Below are positions 12,681 through 26,069 of a stretch of DNA of 64,000 nucleotides, piece after piece. The stretch's first letter is position 1. Each line of letters begins with the position of its first letter. The notes under the pieces were generated by a model, which did not search any database, was not told the DNA's origin, and was given only the letters and a program-made list of their open reading frames with translations. Position numbers and translations under genes: made by a program. Location of the stretch: positions 32,302,001-32,366,000 of the forward strand of contig OZ024743.1 in assembly GCA_964016885.1 (NCBI GenBank), given 5' to 3'. The stretch is from Eledone cirrhosa (Eukaryota).

Positions 12681-13922
12681 TGTTGTCATCTATAAACAAT
12701 ATGTCTAGCAACTTATACCACACTTAGAATAGGTTGGTGATGTGGTCACTATTTCTAGCAGATTGAGTAATCATGTAGTGGCTCTAATATTGGCTTGTCA
12801 GACATATGTTTTATATAAGGCATTGAAATAAGTACATTATGACAAGAAATTGGACAAATGTGGAAAAAAATATGACACATAATTTAACTGATATGTCAAA
12901 GAGATTTATACATATGTCAAACTTTAGTAGATTTAAGAAACAAGTATCTCAGTAAATAATAATATAACTACTGAGATGAATTCAAAAACATTTCAAAAAG
13001 TTTTGTCATGTAAAAAACATGCTACATACATCACTATACACTTTATCATCATCGTTTTAATACAAATTGTGAGATAGACTGACATAATTTTGTATGTATA
13101 TATATATACAAAATGTATTTTATATATATATATTCATTAAGAACATAATAAAGAAGATCTGATAGAAAATTACGATGGAAGATTTTACTCTTTATATGTA
13201 TACTTTAAAATGGACAAGTTTATCACAGAACCAAAGGTGGTTTCTGGTAGGTTGCTATCTAAAAGATTAAGTGAAAAAGATGTGAATAGCTACCTAGACA
13301 GATTGCTTTGTTTTGTTGTTTTTTTTACAGGTAAGATTTTAAAAAGATATGCTACTTATTCACTAAAGATAGGTGAAGACTGTTTATTAATATATAATCA
13401 ATAAAAAATATTTTGATAAATCTAACTTGCACTGTTAATGAGTTTAAAATTCCAAGATTAGAAGCTTAGCAAAAAAAAAGAAAAGAATGATAATTATTAA
13501 TGAAGAAAGGTGAGACTTGTTAGTTGGATTTTTAATTGTTGTTGTTATTTTATTATTCTGTAAGGCGCTGATTAATGTCTATTTTTGGAATCACATCACA
13601 ATCTGTGCTTAGAACAAATTAATTAGTGCTGTAAAAACTAGTGAATGTTAATTGATTTAAGTGAAATGAGGAATAATCAGTTAATTGAGAACATTTCACT
13701 GATGTTTCATCTAATTTATACATTTTGACAGACTAGTCATTTGGAGTGAATGTCATTTTGGTGAGAATTATTTTCAGAAAACAAAAATAAATAAATATAT
13801 ATATATATATATATCTTGTTTAAGCATCCTGATATACATAAACAAAACCTTATCTACCTTCACATTATATATATATATATATATAGAAAGATTTGAATGG
13901 ATACAGTTTAGTTGAAAGGAAT

Positions 13923-14042
13923 TTATTGACACGTGTTTCTATAACAGTTACATAACCTAAAACAGCTGCTATCTACAAACTTTTAGTTATGCAGACATTC
14001 AATATTTCAATGTTATTATTTACTGTCATTTCATCAGAATAA
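13923..14042 (-). ncRNA. Type I hammerhead ribozyme motif with long stem II insert
   Basis: Minus strand: TTATT-CTGATGA-AATGACAGT...~70 nt...ACTGTTATA-GAAA-CACGTG-TC-AATAA (GUC cleavage triplet, palindromic stem III). Confidence 0.75.
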
Positions 14043-14590
14043 TATTACTGAGGACCTATTTAGTTTTTATAGAGAATATTAGGAGGGAGGGGTGAAGTTG
14101 TTAGAAGAATAGTTGAAGGAGTGGTTTTTCGATAGCAGTGAGAATTCTTGGTGGCAGTGAGTAATTAGATTCCCATCTGTTGTTTTGACATTTTTTATAG
14201 AATATATTATTGGTTATTTTTCTAAATCTATAGAAGGATTAGAGATAGTAAAGATATGCGTGGTTGGTTTTGTGTTTGCACTTAATTAACATTCAGACTT
14301 AAATTTTTCTTTCAAGTGTACGTATCCTTTCACCCACGCATTCACAAACAAATATATTTGCACACCTCTACAAAATACATATACTCACAATTCACATATT
14401 CATACTTACATATATATACACATGCATACACATATATATACACACATGTATTCATGTACATACATACGCGCTCATGTGTATACATTTTCATACTCAACTT
14501 ATCTTTATATACACACGTATAGACACACACATATATACATACATACTCTAGTCCATGTGTACACACATACACATACATACACATCCATAT

Positions 14591-14639
<49 letters not shown>

Positions 14640-14889
14640 CACTTTAATACATGAATACACTTACATCTAACTATACACATCAAACATATATATATATTTA
14701 CTTATTTATATACATTTTCACATATATATACATACTTATGGACGTTTTTAGACACATTCATTATCGCATATTTGTACCTATTCTCATCAGCATATCTTTC
14801 CATTATTAGTGTGGTAATTTAAGGTTATTAATATATGTTGAGAAGAGATTGTTTTTATATTTATTTATATTACAACACAACGGAAAATA

Positions 14890-14920
<31 letters not shown>

Positions 14921-15018
14921 ATGTGAAGGTAGATAAGGTTTTGTTTATGTATATCAGGATGCTTAAACAAGATTGCTGAATTCTACTGCATAGTGAATAG
15001 TTGAATTCCACTATTATA

Positions 15019-15129
15019 GGCTTTCTGATGAAGTGTAATAAATAAAAGTGTATTTCATATGATTGAATATATATTGTAGTCAGCATATGTAGACAATTTA
15101 TAATAGACACAGAAACATATGTCAAAGCT
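15019..15129 (+). ncRNA. Type I hammerhead ribozyme motif with long stem II insert
   Basis: GGCTTT-CTGATGA(15025-15031)-AGTGT...~70 nt...ACACA-GAAA(15112-15115)-CATATG-TC-AAAGCT; 6 bp stem I, GUC triplet. Confidence 0.75.
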
Positions 15130-15190
15130 AACAAATTTTTAATCTCTTCACACTGACATTTTATTTTTCTTGGTACAATACTTGCTTATA

Positions 15191-15224
<34 letters not shown>

Positions 15225-15719
15225 AAATTAAGATAAATTAAATGAATTTAATCCAAATCAAAATTATGGGTGTCATGCCAGAAAGACATGCGCCATATGT
15301 GATTATTCATGTTTATATATATGTTAATCAATTTCTAGTTATTATATATATATATATATATATATTAGCATATTAAATCACGTTAATCTGCCTGTTTCCA
15401 AGCAGTTGTAAAAATATAGTTATGTTGGTTGTAACAGTAAGGTACTGGACTGCTGTCCATGTCACTCGATCTTTACTGCATGGTAGAGTTAATGTCTCAT
15501 CCTGTTTGGTTTGACACTACCACTGAATGCTTATAATGCAGTTCACTTCATTACAAGCATTTCATCCAGGACCCTAGTTTCAGATTCATCCCACTTTCCT
15601 GCAACCAGTTTCAAAGTCTTTGAAGAAATAAAGGGCTATGAGTGCTGCATTTCTTTCCTTCAATAAGTGGTAACAAAAGAATAATACTAAAATGTTTTAT
15701 GCCTTTGGGTAAAGAATGA

Positions 15720-15935
15720 TAAATAAGGACTTCTACTTTAAGCACAAGGCCAGCAATTTGAAGGTGGGGGGGGGGTCGATTAAATCGACCCCAGTACATT
15801 ACTGATGCTTTAATTCAACACTGTAAGGATGAAAGATAAAGCTAACCTTGGCAGGATTTGAACTCAGACTGTAAAGTAACTCCATTTTGCAAAGCATGGT
15901 GTCTGACACTGCCGATACTACACTACTGCCAATTC
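15720..15935 (-). mobile_element. Nin/Deu-domain-like tRNA SINE
   Basis: Reverse complement of the family consensus (GAGTTCAAATCC...CTTTCATCCTT...GGGGTCGATTTAATCGAC...AATTGCTGGCCTTGTGC). Confidence 0.75.
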
Positions 15936-16359
15936 AGTTTACCTGACTACATACAGGTTATGTGCCTACTTTATTATTTGAAGTCATTGTACAAACACTA
16001 TATAAAAGCATCTTTATGTCTGAGATTAGGGAAATCAACCTGGAAAATGTGAGGGATTAGAAAGAGCTGGCAGTAAATAAGGAGGATTCAGGTTACAATA
16101 TGTTTGAGAAAGAGCTGAAGTAAAATGTGCTTTGCATAAAACTACTTTTCTAAAACTATTCAATCTAAGAAGGTGGAAGTTTGATGTCTGTGGATATCTT
16201 CTTCATTCAAAAATATTCTACATTAATCACACATTGGCACACAATCACAGAAACAATCCACAAATAATAATGTTTTACCCCAACATCTATAAAATATTAA
16301 TAGTGCAGTGTGAAACACAGTGTGTAAATCCAAGCTCAGACTGCAAAGATATTAACAAG

Positions 16360-16452
16360 ATGGGGTGGCTGTTGCAGCAGGTGTCATTGGCTATTGTCCA
16401 CAGGAATGCTTTTGTAGTCTTGTCCCTGTGGTGCAGCCCATTACTGCCATAG
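16360..16452 (+). pseudogene. CRE-clade non-LTR retrotransposon C-terminal remnant
   Basis: WLLQQVSLAIVHRNAFVVL resembles the QRxSLAxxRGNA end motif of CRE elements; homologous to 61700-61790. Confidence 0.5.
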
Positions 16453-17191
16453 CCTAGGCCCAGAACCCATCACCCTTCTGTGACACTAGAACACTTGCCT
16501 TTCCCCCTCCTTTTCCGATTTTTAAAATATTTTCTTATTTTACATTCTATTCTTTCTTCTCGATCTATTTTCTTTCTATTAAATTGTTTTTATTAAATAT
16601 TGTAACTCCACAGACACAATTAGTTCTGTAGAAAGGCTGTTTTGTCAGTCATCTTTACTCAGAACATTGTAAATCTCCAGCTGGCATGTAGTATCATAAA
16701 AGAATACATGGGCATATGACAGTAAAAAGAGTTTGATTGAACAATAAGATGACTATCTTTTGACAAGATGAAACAATCATTATTGGGTGTGTGTATTTCA
16801 ATGGAATGAGCATAGGATGCAAACTATGACAAGAAAAGAAAAAAAATGGTGCACTCTGAACAAAGTCCTTTGCAAAATTACATCAACTTAGTGACACTTC
16901 CTTGCCACTCTTGCTGTAATAAATGTTGTAAACCCATTGAAGTAGTTAGAAACATAACCAATTAAACTTTAATGTTATTGTTCACCAATTGTGATATACA
17001 ATAAACGATTCAATATAAATTTATATATTATTAAATAGCAAAGTAGGTGTTTTAAATGCTAAAACAGTAACTGAATGAGTGCTCAATAGATATGAGCAGA
17101 GTTTAAAATATATTTTCAAAGTTTCAGTAATTGTTTCTTCTGACTGTGATGAAAGATCATAATTGTTTTAGTTTGGGATATCATTAGATAT

Positions 17192-17402
17192 TTAACTCAT
17201 TAGCATTTACATTACTCTATATTTACTATTGTATTTTCATAGTAAACACTTTACCTCACATAATTATCCTACATAATATCGAATCTACGAGATTTTGATA
17301 CTATTTATTTTGAGAATGATACCTTAATGTCACTATGAGCGGCAAGTTACAGCTGGTTTAAATAGAAAGCTGTGATAGAATTCTGGCATGCTAAACGGTT
17401 AA
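17192..17402 (+). mobile_element. TTAA-flanked MITE, family A (piggyBac-like)
   Basis: Diverged copy of the 47302-47527 element. Confidence 0.7.
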
Positions 17403-17639
17403 GTTAGATATTATTAAATATCTTACTAATTTAGACGATGGTACTGACCAAGATTGCTTGCTTGGTTAAGTGACTGAAACATACATATCATAGTTGAATT
17501 CGTATAAAAAAATAACCAGATAAGAATATGCATAGGTAAGAATATGCAAATGATATGCTAAAATGAATTAGCTAAAAGAAAATCTGAAAGGTCCTATACT
17601 TTAGAATTAATTTTGCCCATCACTTATGCACATTAAGTG

Positions 17640-19730
17640 TGTTTGTATACATGGTGTTTGCAAGTTTTTGAAGGAGTTGATTGTGACAAAATTTCTATTT
17701 AGGGTTGGGCTTTTTACAAGGAAAATTGCCAACTTTTCTGTAGTTCATAAATTTCATGGCTTGTGGTTAGTAGTATACAATTTGGTTCATGGTATTATGT
17801 CCTATTTTAATATGTAATTTATATTCTGGTTTCTCAGTGTCCAAATATAACTGGAGAACTACATGTTTTTATTTCTGTGTTGATATCATTAAGCCATATA
17901 TATTCTTTAGTGAACTGGGACTTTTTGTGTATTACATTGATACACAGTCCTTTGTCTGGCTTTTATTACATACAAAGTAATTTTTCTGGTTTTAATAATT
18001 ATCGTTGTTAGTCGTAGCATTTATGGCATGCTTACTTAGTTTGGTAGTATTTGCCAATGATAATATCTATACAAAGTTTAGTATTGTTGAATAAATATTT
18101 TATATTGGTGTTATATTTACATATGCTGAGGGTGGAAATATTTTATAAGTAAGATTAACCTGTGAGATATTTATGTTACAATAATTACACAGGGGATTGT
18201 TCTGTTATTTTTATTTTTATATATATTCATTTTTTTCTTTCTATCTACATTTGATAAGGGCATCATCATAGTATTTAGAGGTATTATTGCATAGTTCTTT
18301 GTCAGCAAAGTGATTATAGAGTCATATGGAAATGTTTTTCACTAAATTTTTGATGATTCTTTTAGAGTAGTTCACTGATTTGTTTATCTAATTTAGTGTT
18401 TAATTCTGATTACAGATTAGGTAACTTAGGGAATTGCTCGGGTTCAATGCTTCAAGAAATTTTGTGATAATAGTTTTTGAAAAAAAATGACTTTTTAGTT
18501 TGTCTGCTTTCTGGTCTAATGTTTTTTATAAACATCCTCTCAATACAAACCTCCATGTAATTAAACTTGGCTTTTAGATTTGACAATATATATATAAATC
18601 TGTTAGGTCACTGACTTCTTCAAAATCATGTCTCTATGCTGATGGCAAAAGGTATGTTTCAAGTTTGTTTTTTTTTATCTATAAATACTGGATGTAAGCA
18701 TACTTATTTTCTTTACCTGTAATATAATTTCTGTTTTTAAGTTAGAGGTATTGTTGTTTTGTAATTTATGGCATTCATTAATAATGATTTAATTATAAAT
18801 GAATAGCATTCTTTAATATCCAACAATAAGAATTAATATTCCATTCTATTTTAGATGAATTTGAACCAGATAATAACTTCTAAGACATTTTACGAAAGTA
18901 ATAGTCTTGTTATAGTCTTTAATTTTAGCTTAATTCTATTTAAGATGTCTTTACTTATAATACCTATTGTCCTGGTTTGCTTTAATTAATTGTATGAATG
19001 ATTTGCTTTCAAACTTTACCTTATGGTCATTGAAAGTAAAATATAATTGTTTGCTGTTAAAGATTCTGTTCTGTCTTCTATTTGATATAATCTTTTGATC
19101 TATAGTTTTAATTTCATTTATTATGTTTGTGATTGCTTTCATATATATTTTTATCATGATATTAGATATATATTTATGATAAATATTATAATTTATTAGC
19201 TTTTTTATTTTGTCAAACTGAATAATTTTTGAATGTTTTTGTTCTTCTATTTTAGGATTTAATTTTCTTTGGAAACTGCATTTTACTTCTTCATATTTTA
19301 TATTTTGTATTAGAATAAGTACGTTATCCTCAAATAGTTGTAATAAAGGGTTTGGTTTTAAATCTGAATTCAGGTTTGTTATATGATTTGCCTTCTTGTT
19401 TGTTATTGAAATGGACCCACTAACTAAGTATTTTGATAAATCAGCTAGCCTTCTGCAGATTGCACTTTAAAAACATCATCATCACAACACAAACTGCCTT
19501 CCATATAATTAGGCTTGGCTATTATATTTGACAATCCATGTAAACCTATTAGGTAGCTGACTTTTTTAAAGTCATAGGTTTTTATGCTGACACCAAAAAA
19601 TGTGTTTCATAGGTTTTATCTGTAAATATTGGTTGTAGCTCACAATTATCTTCCTGTCATGTAATATAATTCCCCTTTGTAGGTCAGATGTAGTTGGTAT
19701 TGATATGTTTCTGTTGCTTCATTATGTTTA
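17640..19730 (-). pseudogene. Decayed Penelope-like retroelement ORF (RT plus GIY-YIG region)
   Basis: Minus-strand fragments in collinear order: YFTFNDHKVKFESKSFIQLI (cf. ITLKDHK..F....RLINP), DFEEVSDLTDLYILSNL (cf. DGAEVCELVGLYILS), GGLY*ED (LYRDD), KYYDDALIKC, SYIWTLRNQNINYILK*DII...NL*TTEKLAI...LN; many stops and frameshifts. Confidence 0.85.
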
Positions 19731-20053
19731 AATAAGTGTTCCTAAGAAAGCTCAACTTGTAAAGTTCTTTGATGTACTGGCAAGCTTATTATTTATTATA
19801 AAAATAACTCCAAGCCTGAAAAAAGACCTCAGTGCTTTAAAGGCAGACTATTTAAATACCCCAAATGTTCATGTCGTTAATATAAATCTAAAACACATGC
19901 AATTATATCAGAATAATTTCAAGCCTGAATAGAGAACTCAATGTCTTAGAGGCAGGCATTTAAAATCCATGTTATTCATGACATAAATATAAAGCTAATG
20001 CAAACACATATATATATGTATTGTTGCTTTCAGAATAATATATATATACAGAT

Positions 20054-20496
20054 GAAGGTGCATGGCTTAGTGGTTAGAGCATTGGGCTTGCAATCGAAAG
20101 GTTGTGAGTTCAATTCTTGGACCGGGTGATGCGTTGTTTCCTTGAGCAAGACACTTTATTTCACATTTCTCCAGTTTACTCAGCTGTAGAAATGAGATGA
20201 TAGGACTGGGGTCCTTATCATTCCACCTGCAAAATGGTCGTGGAGGTGCCACGGCAAAAAGCACCCAGCACTCACTGTAAAGTGGACATGTAGGCGCCAC
20301 GGAAAAAAAGCACCTAACACTCACTGTAAATGAGGTTGGTGTTAGGAAGGGCATCCAGCTGTAGAAATCAAGCCAGAATCAGTTCCCGTATGAACAAGAG
20401 AAGGTCAGCCGACCAGACACTGCTCGCAACAGGACAACCTGTCTAACCCATGCTAGCGTGGAAGAAAGGACGTAAAACAGTGATGATGATGATGAT
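20054..20496 (+). mobile_element. Full-length tRNA/CORE-like SINE with RTE 3' tail
   Basis: A box TGGCTTAGTGG, B box GAGTTCAATTC; 20235-20496 nearly identical to RTE 3' UTR 51365-51622; (GAT)n tail. Confidence 0.85.
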
Positions 20497-20554
20497 AGAG
20501 CAGGGAAAGTGGATGTTAAAATGGCAATGATGATGCGGATATATGTATATATAG

Positions 20555-21700
20555 TTCAGGAAATGACAAGACAAACACAGAGATGCAAAATCAAAGACTT
20601 ATTAGTTTCATGCTTAGGAAGAAGTAGAAGAAGGTTTGTGAATGATGAGGTCAGTGGCATTAGTAGTTAAGAGTGAAGAGACAACGACTTGTATGGCAGA
20701 GGATACTTGCTGCTGGTATTGAGGGATGGAAACAAAGGGCAGGAGACATTAGAAGAGGGAGTTACAAAGCTGTCATAGTGCCTCCATCTTGTAGAGGTCA
20801 GTGCACCACACAACCATGGTGCCCCCTTTTTCAGCTGGTTTGAAGGGAGCAGAAGAAGGCGAGTTCAGGTCAAGAGATTTTGCTCCACTAAGACCATTTA
20901 TAGAAGTTTAACCGATTCATTGTGATATGGCAGGTATCAATGAATGTGTCCAGGGTGCTGAATTGTCCAGGTGCTGGTGTCCCATGAGATGGTCACTGGT
21001 TCAGGTCCAAAAAGAGGCCTGGGTCATTGGAAGTCAGTGGTGGGTCATGAAAATGCTCCTGCAGTTTGGTGCAGTGAAGAAATCATTTGATATCCACTTA
21101 AGTCGAAAATTCGTCATTATATGTAGTGTGGAGTATGAAGCACTGAAGACAGAAGCTCAGGTCCAGAGAGAGGAAGGTCGGTGGGTTTGGTAACAGTAAG
21201 TTGTGGGTTTTGTCGGGGCTTGAATGGGCGGTGAGATTAGAAGTATTAGGCACAGAGTGGGTGGGAGAGGAGTGAGGTGGACTGGGGGGGGGGGGTGAAA
21301 TGGGGAGGTTAGATGTGTGAGTGGGGAAAAGGAGGGAATTTAGTTTGTGAAGTTTGATAGAGGTAAGGAAAATGAGGTGGTTGAGGTGTTGGATGAAGAG
21401 AAGGATTGAATGTATGAGAAGAAAGTTTTTGGGAAGGTTGCAGTCGATGGTGCAGATCTTGGAGAGAACAGAGCAGAGAGTGACACACATGAGAAAATAG
21501 GAGGATCAAATGAGGATGGGCTCAATGGGGGGTGGGTAGAAACAGAGGTGGAAACCCCAGGGGATAAGATGGATATGAAGTCAGTGATTGGACTGAAGAA
21601 AGAGATGTGACTAATGCCAGGCTTTTGCGAAAGCAAAGGACAAAAGTCAGAGGGTGGGTTGGGCGCAGAAGTGGAGAAGAGGAGTGAGGAAGGGTTTTAA
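20555..21700 (-). pseudogene. Penelope-like (Neptune-type) 5' ORF remnant, internally deleted
   Basis: Minus strand VTKPTDLPLSGPE..SVL and FKPAEKGGTMVVWCTDLYKMEAL*QLCNSLF* match the PLE motif IKPADKGGAVVVWRxDLYxxEAxRQLxDxxFY. Confidence 0.75.
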
Positions 21701-21710
21701 GCAGAAGTAT

Positions 21711-21745
<35 letters not shown>

Positions 21746-23049
21746 TGACATGAAATTTGATATTAAATTTGTACATCATATTAAGATATGTCTTTTCTTC
21801 CTTTACAGTAATTTCATTATTCTCAAATGAAAATGTTATCTTCTGCAACAAAATATATTTTGTTAGGAATTATAATAGAATTATCAATTAGTATCTGATA
21901 TTTTGTGTTAATGTAACCTAGCATTAAGGAATTATGTTGAATCAATAGAAAACGATTTATTTTCAGTTTTTGTGCAGTTTTAGAACTGTTTATCAATGGA
22001 TTTGGTGTTAGGCAATGTGATATGAATTGTAACTTAAATTAAAATAAATAGATAAAGTAACAAAATGCTTTCTTGGGTAATTTTGGTAAAACTCTTGCAG
22101 CAGTTATTTTATTTGGTGGAATATTGGTTAATTTTAGTTAGTTATTAATGTATTTCTTATCTAGCAGGACACATCTGCATATCAGTGCTGTTCTCTTCAG
22201 ATAACACAATTCTGATAAGGAAAAAGAAAAAAAAAATGAAATAAAGTAAAATATTTTTCAGTTTAGTCATTTGATCAAGAGTCTCTGTCTTTAGAATTCC
22301 AGATTATAATTTTAGAACTTGTGTGGAAAAAGAAAACAAAAAAAAAAACAATTATACAACTGATGTTACATATAATTGTTTCTACTTTAGGCACAAGGCC
22401 AGCAATTACCCAGTGCATTACTGGTACTTTATTTTATCGACCCCGTAAGGATGAAAGGCAAAGTCAACCTCGGCGGGATTTGAGGTTGACTTTGATGTTA
22501 CATATAATGTTACATTAACTGTATTTTAACTAGAATTATAATAATATTGTTTACAACTTTGATGAATTTTACAAGGATAATATTGTATAGTTGATTTAAA
22601 TAAAACTGTAGTTTTGCTAAATCAAATATATTATTGGTGTTTAATTTATTGACCTCAGAAGTATATAGGATTTATGGAATTTGAAATTTATATTGAAAGA
22701 TGTTATTTCTTCGCCCACAGAAATACTAATACATGTTATTTTTTTTATTTTTCTCTTCGGTATATAAACGTCTAGTTAACTTTATTTAATTTCAATCTAA
22801 GAACAATGAGGTACGAAAGTTGGTTCGCTGAATCACTCTTTTTGATACCAAACTGCCACCAGATTTATGATACTAGGATGTTTATTTAAAGTGTATATAT
22901 TTATTTAAAAGCTCTCATCATAATTTTATGTGTGGATCAAAACATCAGCTAAATCTTTCCAAATCCATGATTTTTAAAATAATCATTTAAAAATTGTAGG
23001 CAGTGACTTTTATTAGAAATATGGTCACAAAAGGGTATAACTCAATTCT

Positions 23050-23560
23050 GTACTGCCTTGGGAATGAGCACTAGTGGTTTCACAACCACTTCAGTAGGTT
23101 TCCATAACCCCCAGAACACATTGTTCTTAGAGTTGATCTTCCCCTCTAATTGAAAGTCTGGGGTTCATAAGAGATTCACCTCAGATTCAGAAAATTTGGG
23201 CTGTTTTCCATCTTCTCCAGCATGTTCTCCAGTGCAGTAAGCTTTTGTTTAGTCTGTATTCTATAGGGGTATTTCTTAAGCTCCTCTCTATCAATGCTTC
23301 TGTAAGTTTCTGTGGAGAGACCCAAGGATTGGTTTCTTCTGTACAGTGATCGTTTTAGACATACTCTCAGACCATGTCAATAACTTTCTGGATCATCCAG
23401 AGTGAGTGGGATAGTTCTCAGATATTGTATTGAAGTTATCCACTGTCCCATAGGTCTCAAATTTCTCTACCCAGTCTTGTATATTGCCTTTGAAGATATA
23501 TACAGTCACACAAATCATGCATGGGGCCTTTTTTTATTGTACAAGAACTATATCATCCAA
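23050..23560 (-). pseudogene. Tc1/mariner-superfamily transposase remnant
   Basis: Minus strand DWVEKFETYGTV...ELKKYPYRIQTKQKLT...FQLEGKINSKNNVFWG..KP matches the WVxKFExTGSV / PYKIQxxQEL / FxLxGxVNxQNxxxWG motifs. Confidence 0.75.
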
Positions 23561-24643
23561 TATGTTCTTTATCCTTTAAGACAATAGGGAAGATTGGCTG
23601 CTATTTCTAACAAATCGAATGACTACTTAGGGATATACTCATTAGTTCATTATCTATTTTCCTATAGTTGAAAACCTCTGTGTCCTGAGTTCAAATCCTA
23701 CAAGCTGACAGTATTGAAATTGCTTTTCTCCCTTTCATATTTATTGAAATTTGTACACAGGAGTAAATTTAATAAACTACACCCATCTCCTATTCACTGC
23801 AAAATAGTGGCTTTGTGCCAGTGTTATCAATTGGGTGAGTTTGTGTGTTAGTTCTATGTATGTATGTGTACATACAAACTGCATGTGTGTCAGTAGGTTC
23901 TTATGTATATGTGAAGACACGTGGCATAGAGATTAGTATGCTCAGTTCACAATTTTATGGTCATAGGTTAAATTCCTAGTGGTGTAGTATGTCCTTCAGC
24001 TAGATATTTCAATTGATGTTGCTCTAATCCCCTCAGCTGACAGAAATTAATTGTGCCTGCAATTCAAAGGGGCAGCATTGTCACTAACTCTGTCACACCA
24101 AATCTCCCTGAGAACTACATTAATACTGTATATATCTATGCACTGCTCAGCCACATGCACATTATTTTTCAATTTCAAGCAGGCTACATCACTGTTCAAA
24201 CAACTAGAACGCACATCATCAGAAACTACAGAAATTTGACCTCAAGTGTACAAGTGCATTTGTATGGCATTTGAGATACTGAAAGAATGCAATGCAATGC
24301 TAACTGCAGCATAAAGTTTATTTTGTTTTGTTGTTTTTTTTTTGCATAATTAATCAAATTATTGTTGACATTGTCATTGTTTATAAATAATGTTTACAAG
24401 ACCTACAATCATTCTTTGGTTGAGAAAGGAAAACACTTTAGTATTCATGGACAATTTCAGTGCTATGCATCACAAGTTACACAATGTAAGATAGTTGTTG
24501 AAACAACATATTAATCATTTTCTAATGACATTAGATCATTAATTTATTCTGAACTCCTAATTATCTCACTATGTGTCATTTATTATTTATTGTAATGAAC
24601 TCTATTTCATTGCTAATTACGTTTTATAGCAATGAAGTTTTGA

Positions 24644-24691
<48 letters not shown>

Positions 24692-25954
24692 TTCTCCATC
24701 TTTATCATTTCTTCTTCTTCTGGATCAGTTCCTGGAATATTTATATGAAAAATACAAATATTTTTCATGAAGATCTTTCAAGACAACTTAAGATTAAATA
24801 ATTAATTATTAACATAATTTCCACAATTTGACAATATCATTTGAGCACTGGAGAAAATGCATAGCAGTATTTAGTTACATCCCTGTACTACCTGCATACT
24901 AATCTTGCTGAAGCTGACTGTCATGTTTCAAGGAGGGGAGGAGGGGTCAATAAAATAATTACTGGTCCCATACTGGAGTTGATATAATTATCTGTTTCTT
25001 CCCCACTAAATATTTCTATCCCTATGCTTATGTAAGAAATTATTGTTAATGTTATTAGTCAGTAGTATTACTGAAGGCAGACTCTGCTACAAGTACCAGC
25101 CCTGCCTTGACTTATCCAGTCTCCATGATCTCAACATTACCTCTACATTTGTGTACTCCATCTTTCTCATCAATGGAACAGTGTTTTCTTCAGTTAATGT
25201 ATATTTAGTGGGTGAAGTGTGAGAGATATGTGGGCAGTACACTAATTTAGGACACACAAGAGATTTGTAAAGTATTAGTCTGTAAATATCAGAGAGTGAT
25301 AATAAATTCCCAGTAGGCTGAGACAGTGAACTATGTTGGATTATTGATTGATCCATTTTAGTTCACTGACTTCTTATACCTGTATTTCCCAATCAAATTC
25401 AATGACCTAGAATGTGGAAATGGACTGATTTTCTCTCAATACATTAACTGCAGATGAAGCCTTCAATTTTGATCCAACAACATATAAACGTTTATATGAT
25501 GTTAAATGAACTAAGGGTGGTAGCAGCTGCTTAGAAAAGAAATATTTTCTATCGTTAAAGAAGAAAAGCAGATATTATGAATGAAGTAGGATTGCCACAA
25601 GAAATTATTTTTATGCAAGATAGGTATGGCTGTATAGTTTATTTTGCAACCAAGTGATTTTGGGTTCAGGCACCTTGAGCAAATGTCTTCTACTATAGAC
25701 CTAGGCGGGCTATTATCTTGTAAGTGAAATTTGTTAGGGTATATATATATATACAGGCTTGTCTCATTAATCTGTGAGTTGACAGGTGAGAGTCCAGAGC
25801 AAAAACACTCTGCACTTAGCCATAATAAAGAATAATATTAAACTTTCTTTCAGTATTGAGTACTCATTTTCACATGCATCAACATCACACACATATATAT
25901 GTCCACACATATAATTAAACAAACTGAATTATACCTGTTGACTTGTACTTCATG

Positions 25955-26069
<115 letters not shown>

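Larger units (their letters stand above)
13813..15195. mobile_element. Nested Penelope-like pLTR fragments
   Basis: 13813-13868 is the reverse complement of ~14919-14973; a second hammerhead-bearing segment (~13886-14892) lies between them, bounded by (TA)n. Confidence 0.55.

Noticed and set aside
17060-17135. CTGAATGA-GTGCTCA/TGAGCA hammerhead-like hairpin
   Set aside because: The core has an extra base and lacks GAAA and stem III.
20054-20125. tRNA gene
   Set aside because: A and B boxes continue directly into a SINE body and tail; it is a SINE head, not a tRNA gene.
25445-25535. CAGATGAAGCCTT...AAGGGTGGTAGCAGCTG hammerhead-like trace
   Set aside because: Both core segments are mutated; too degenerate to call.
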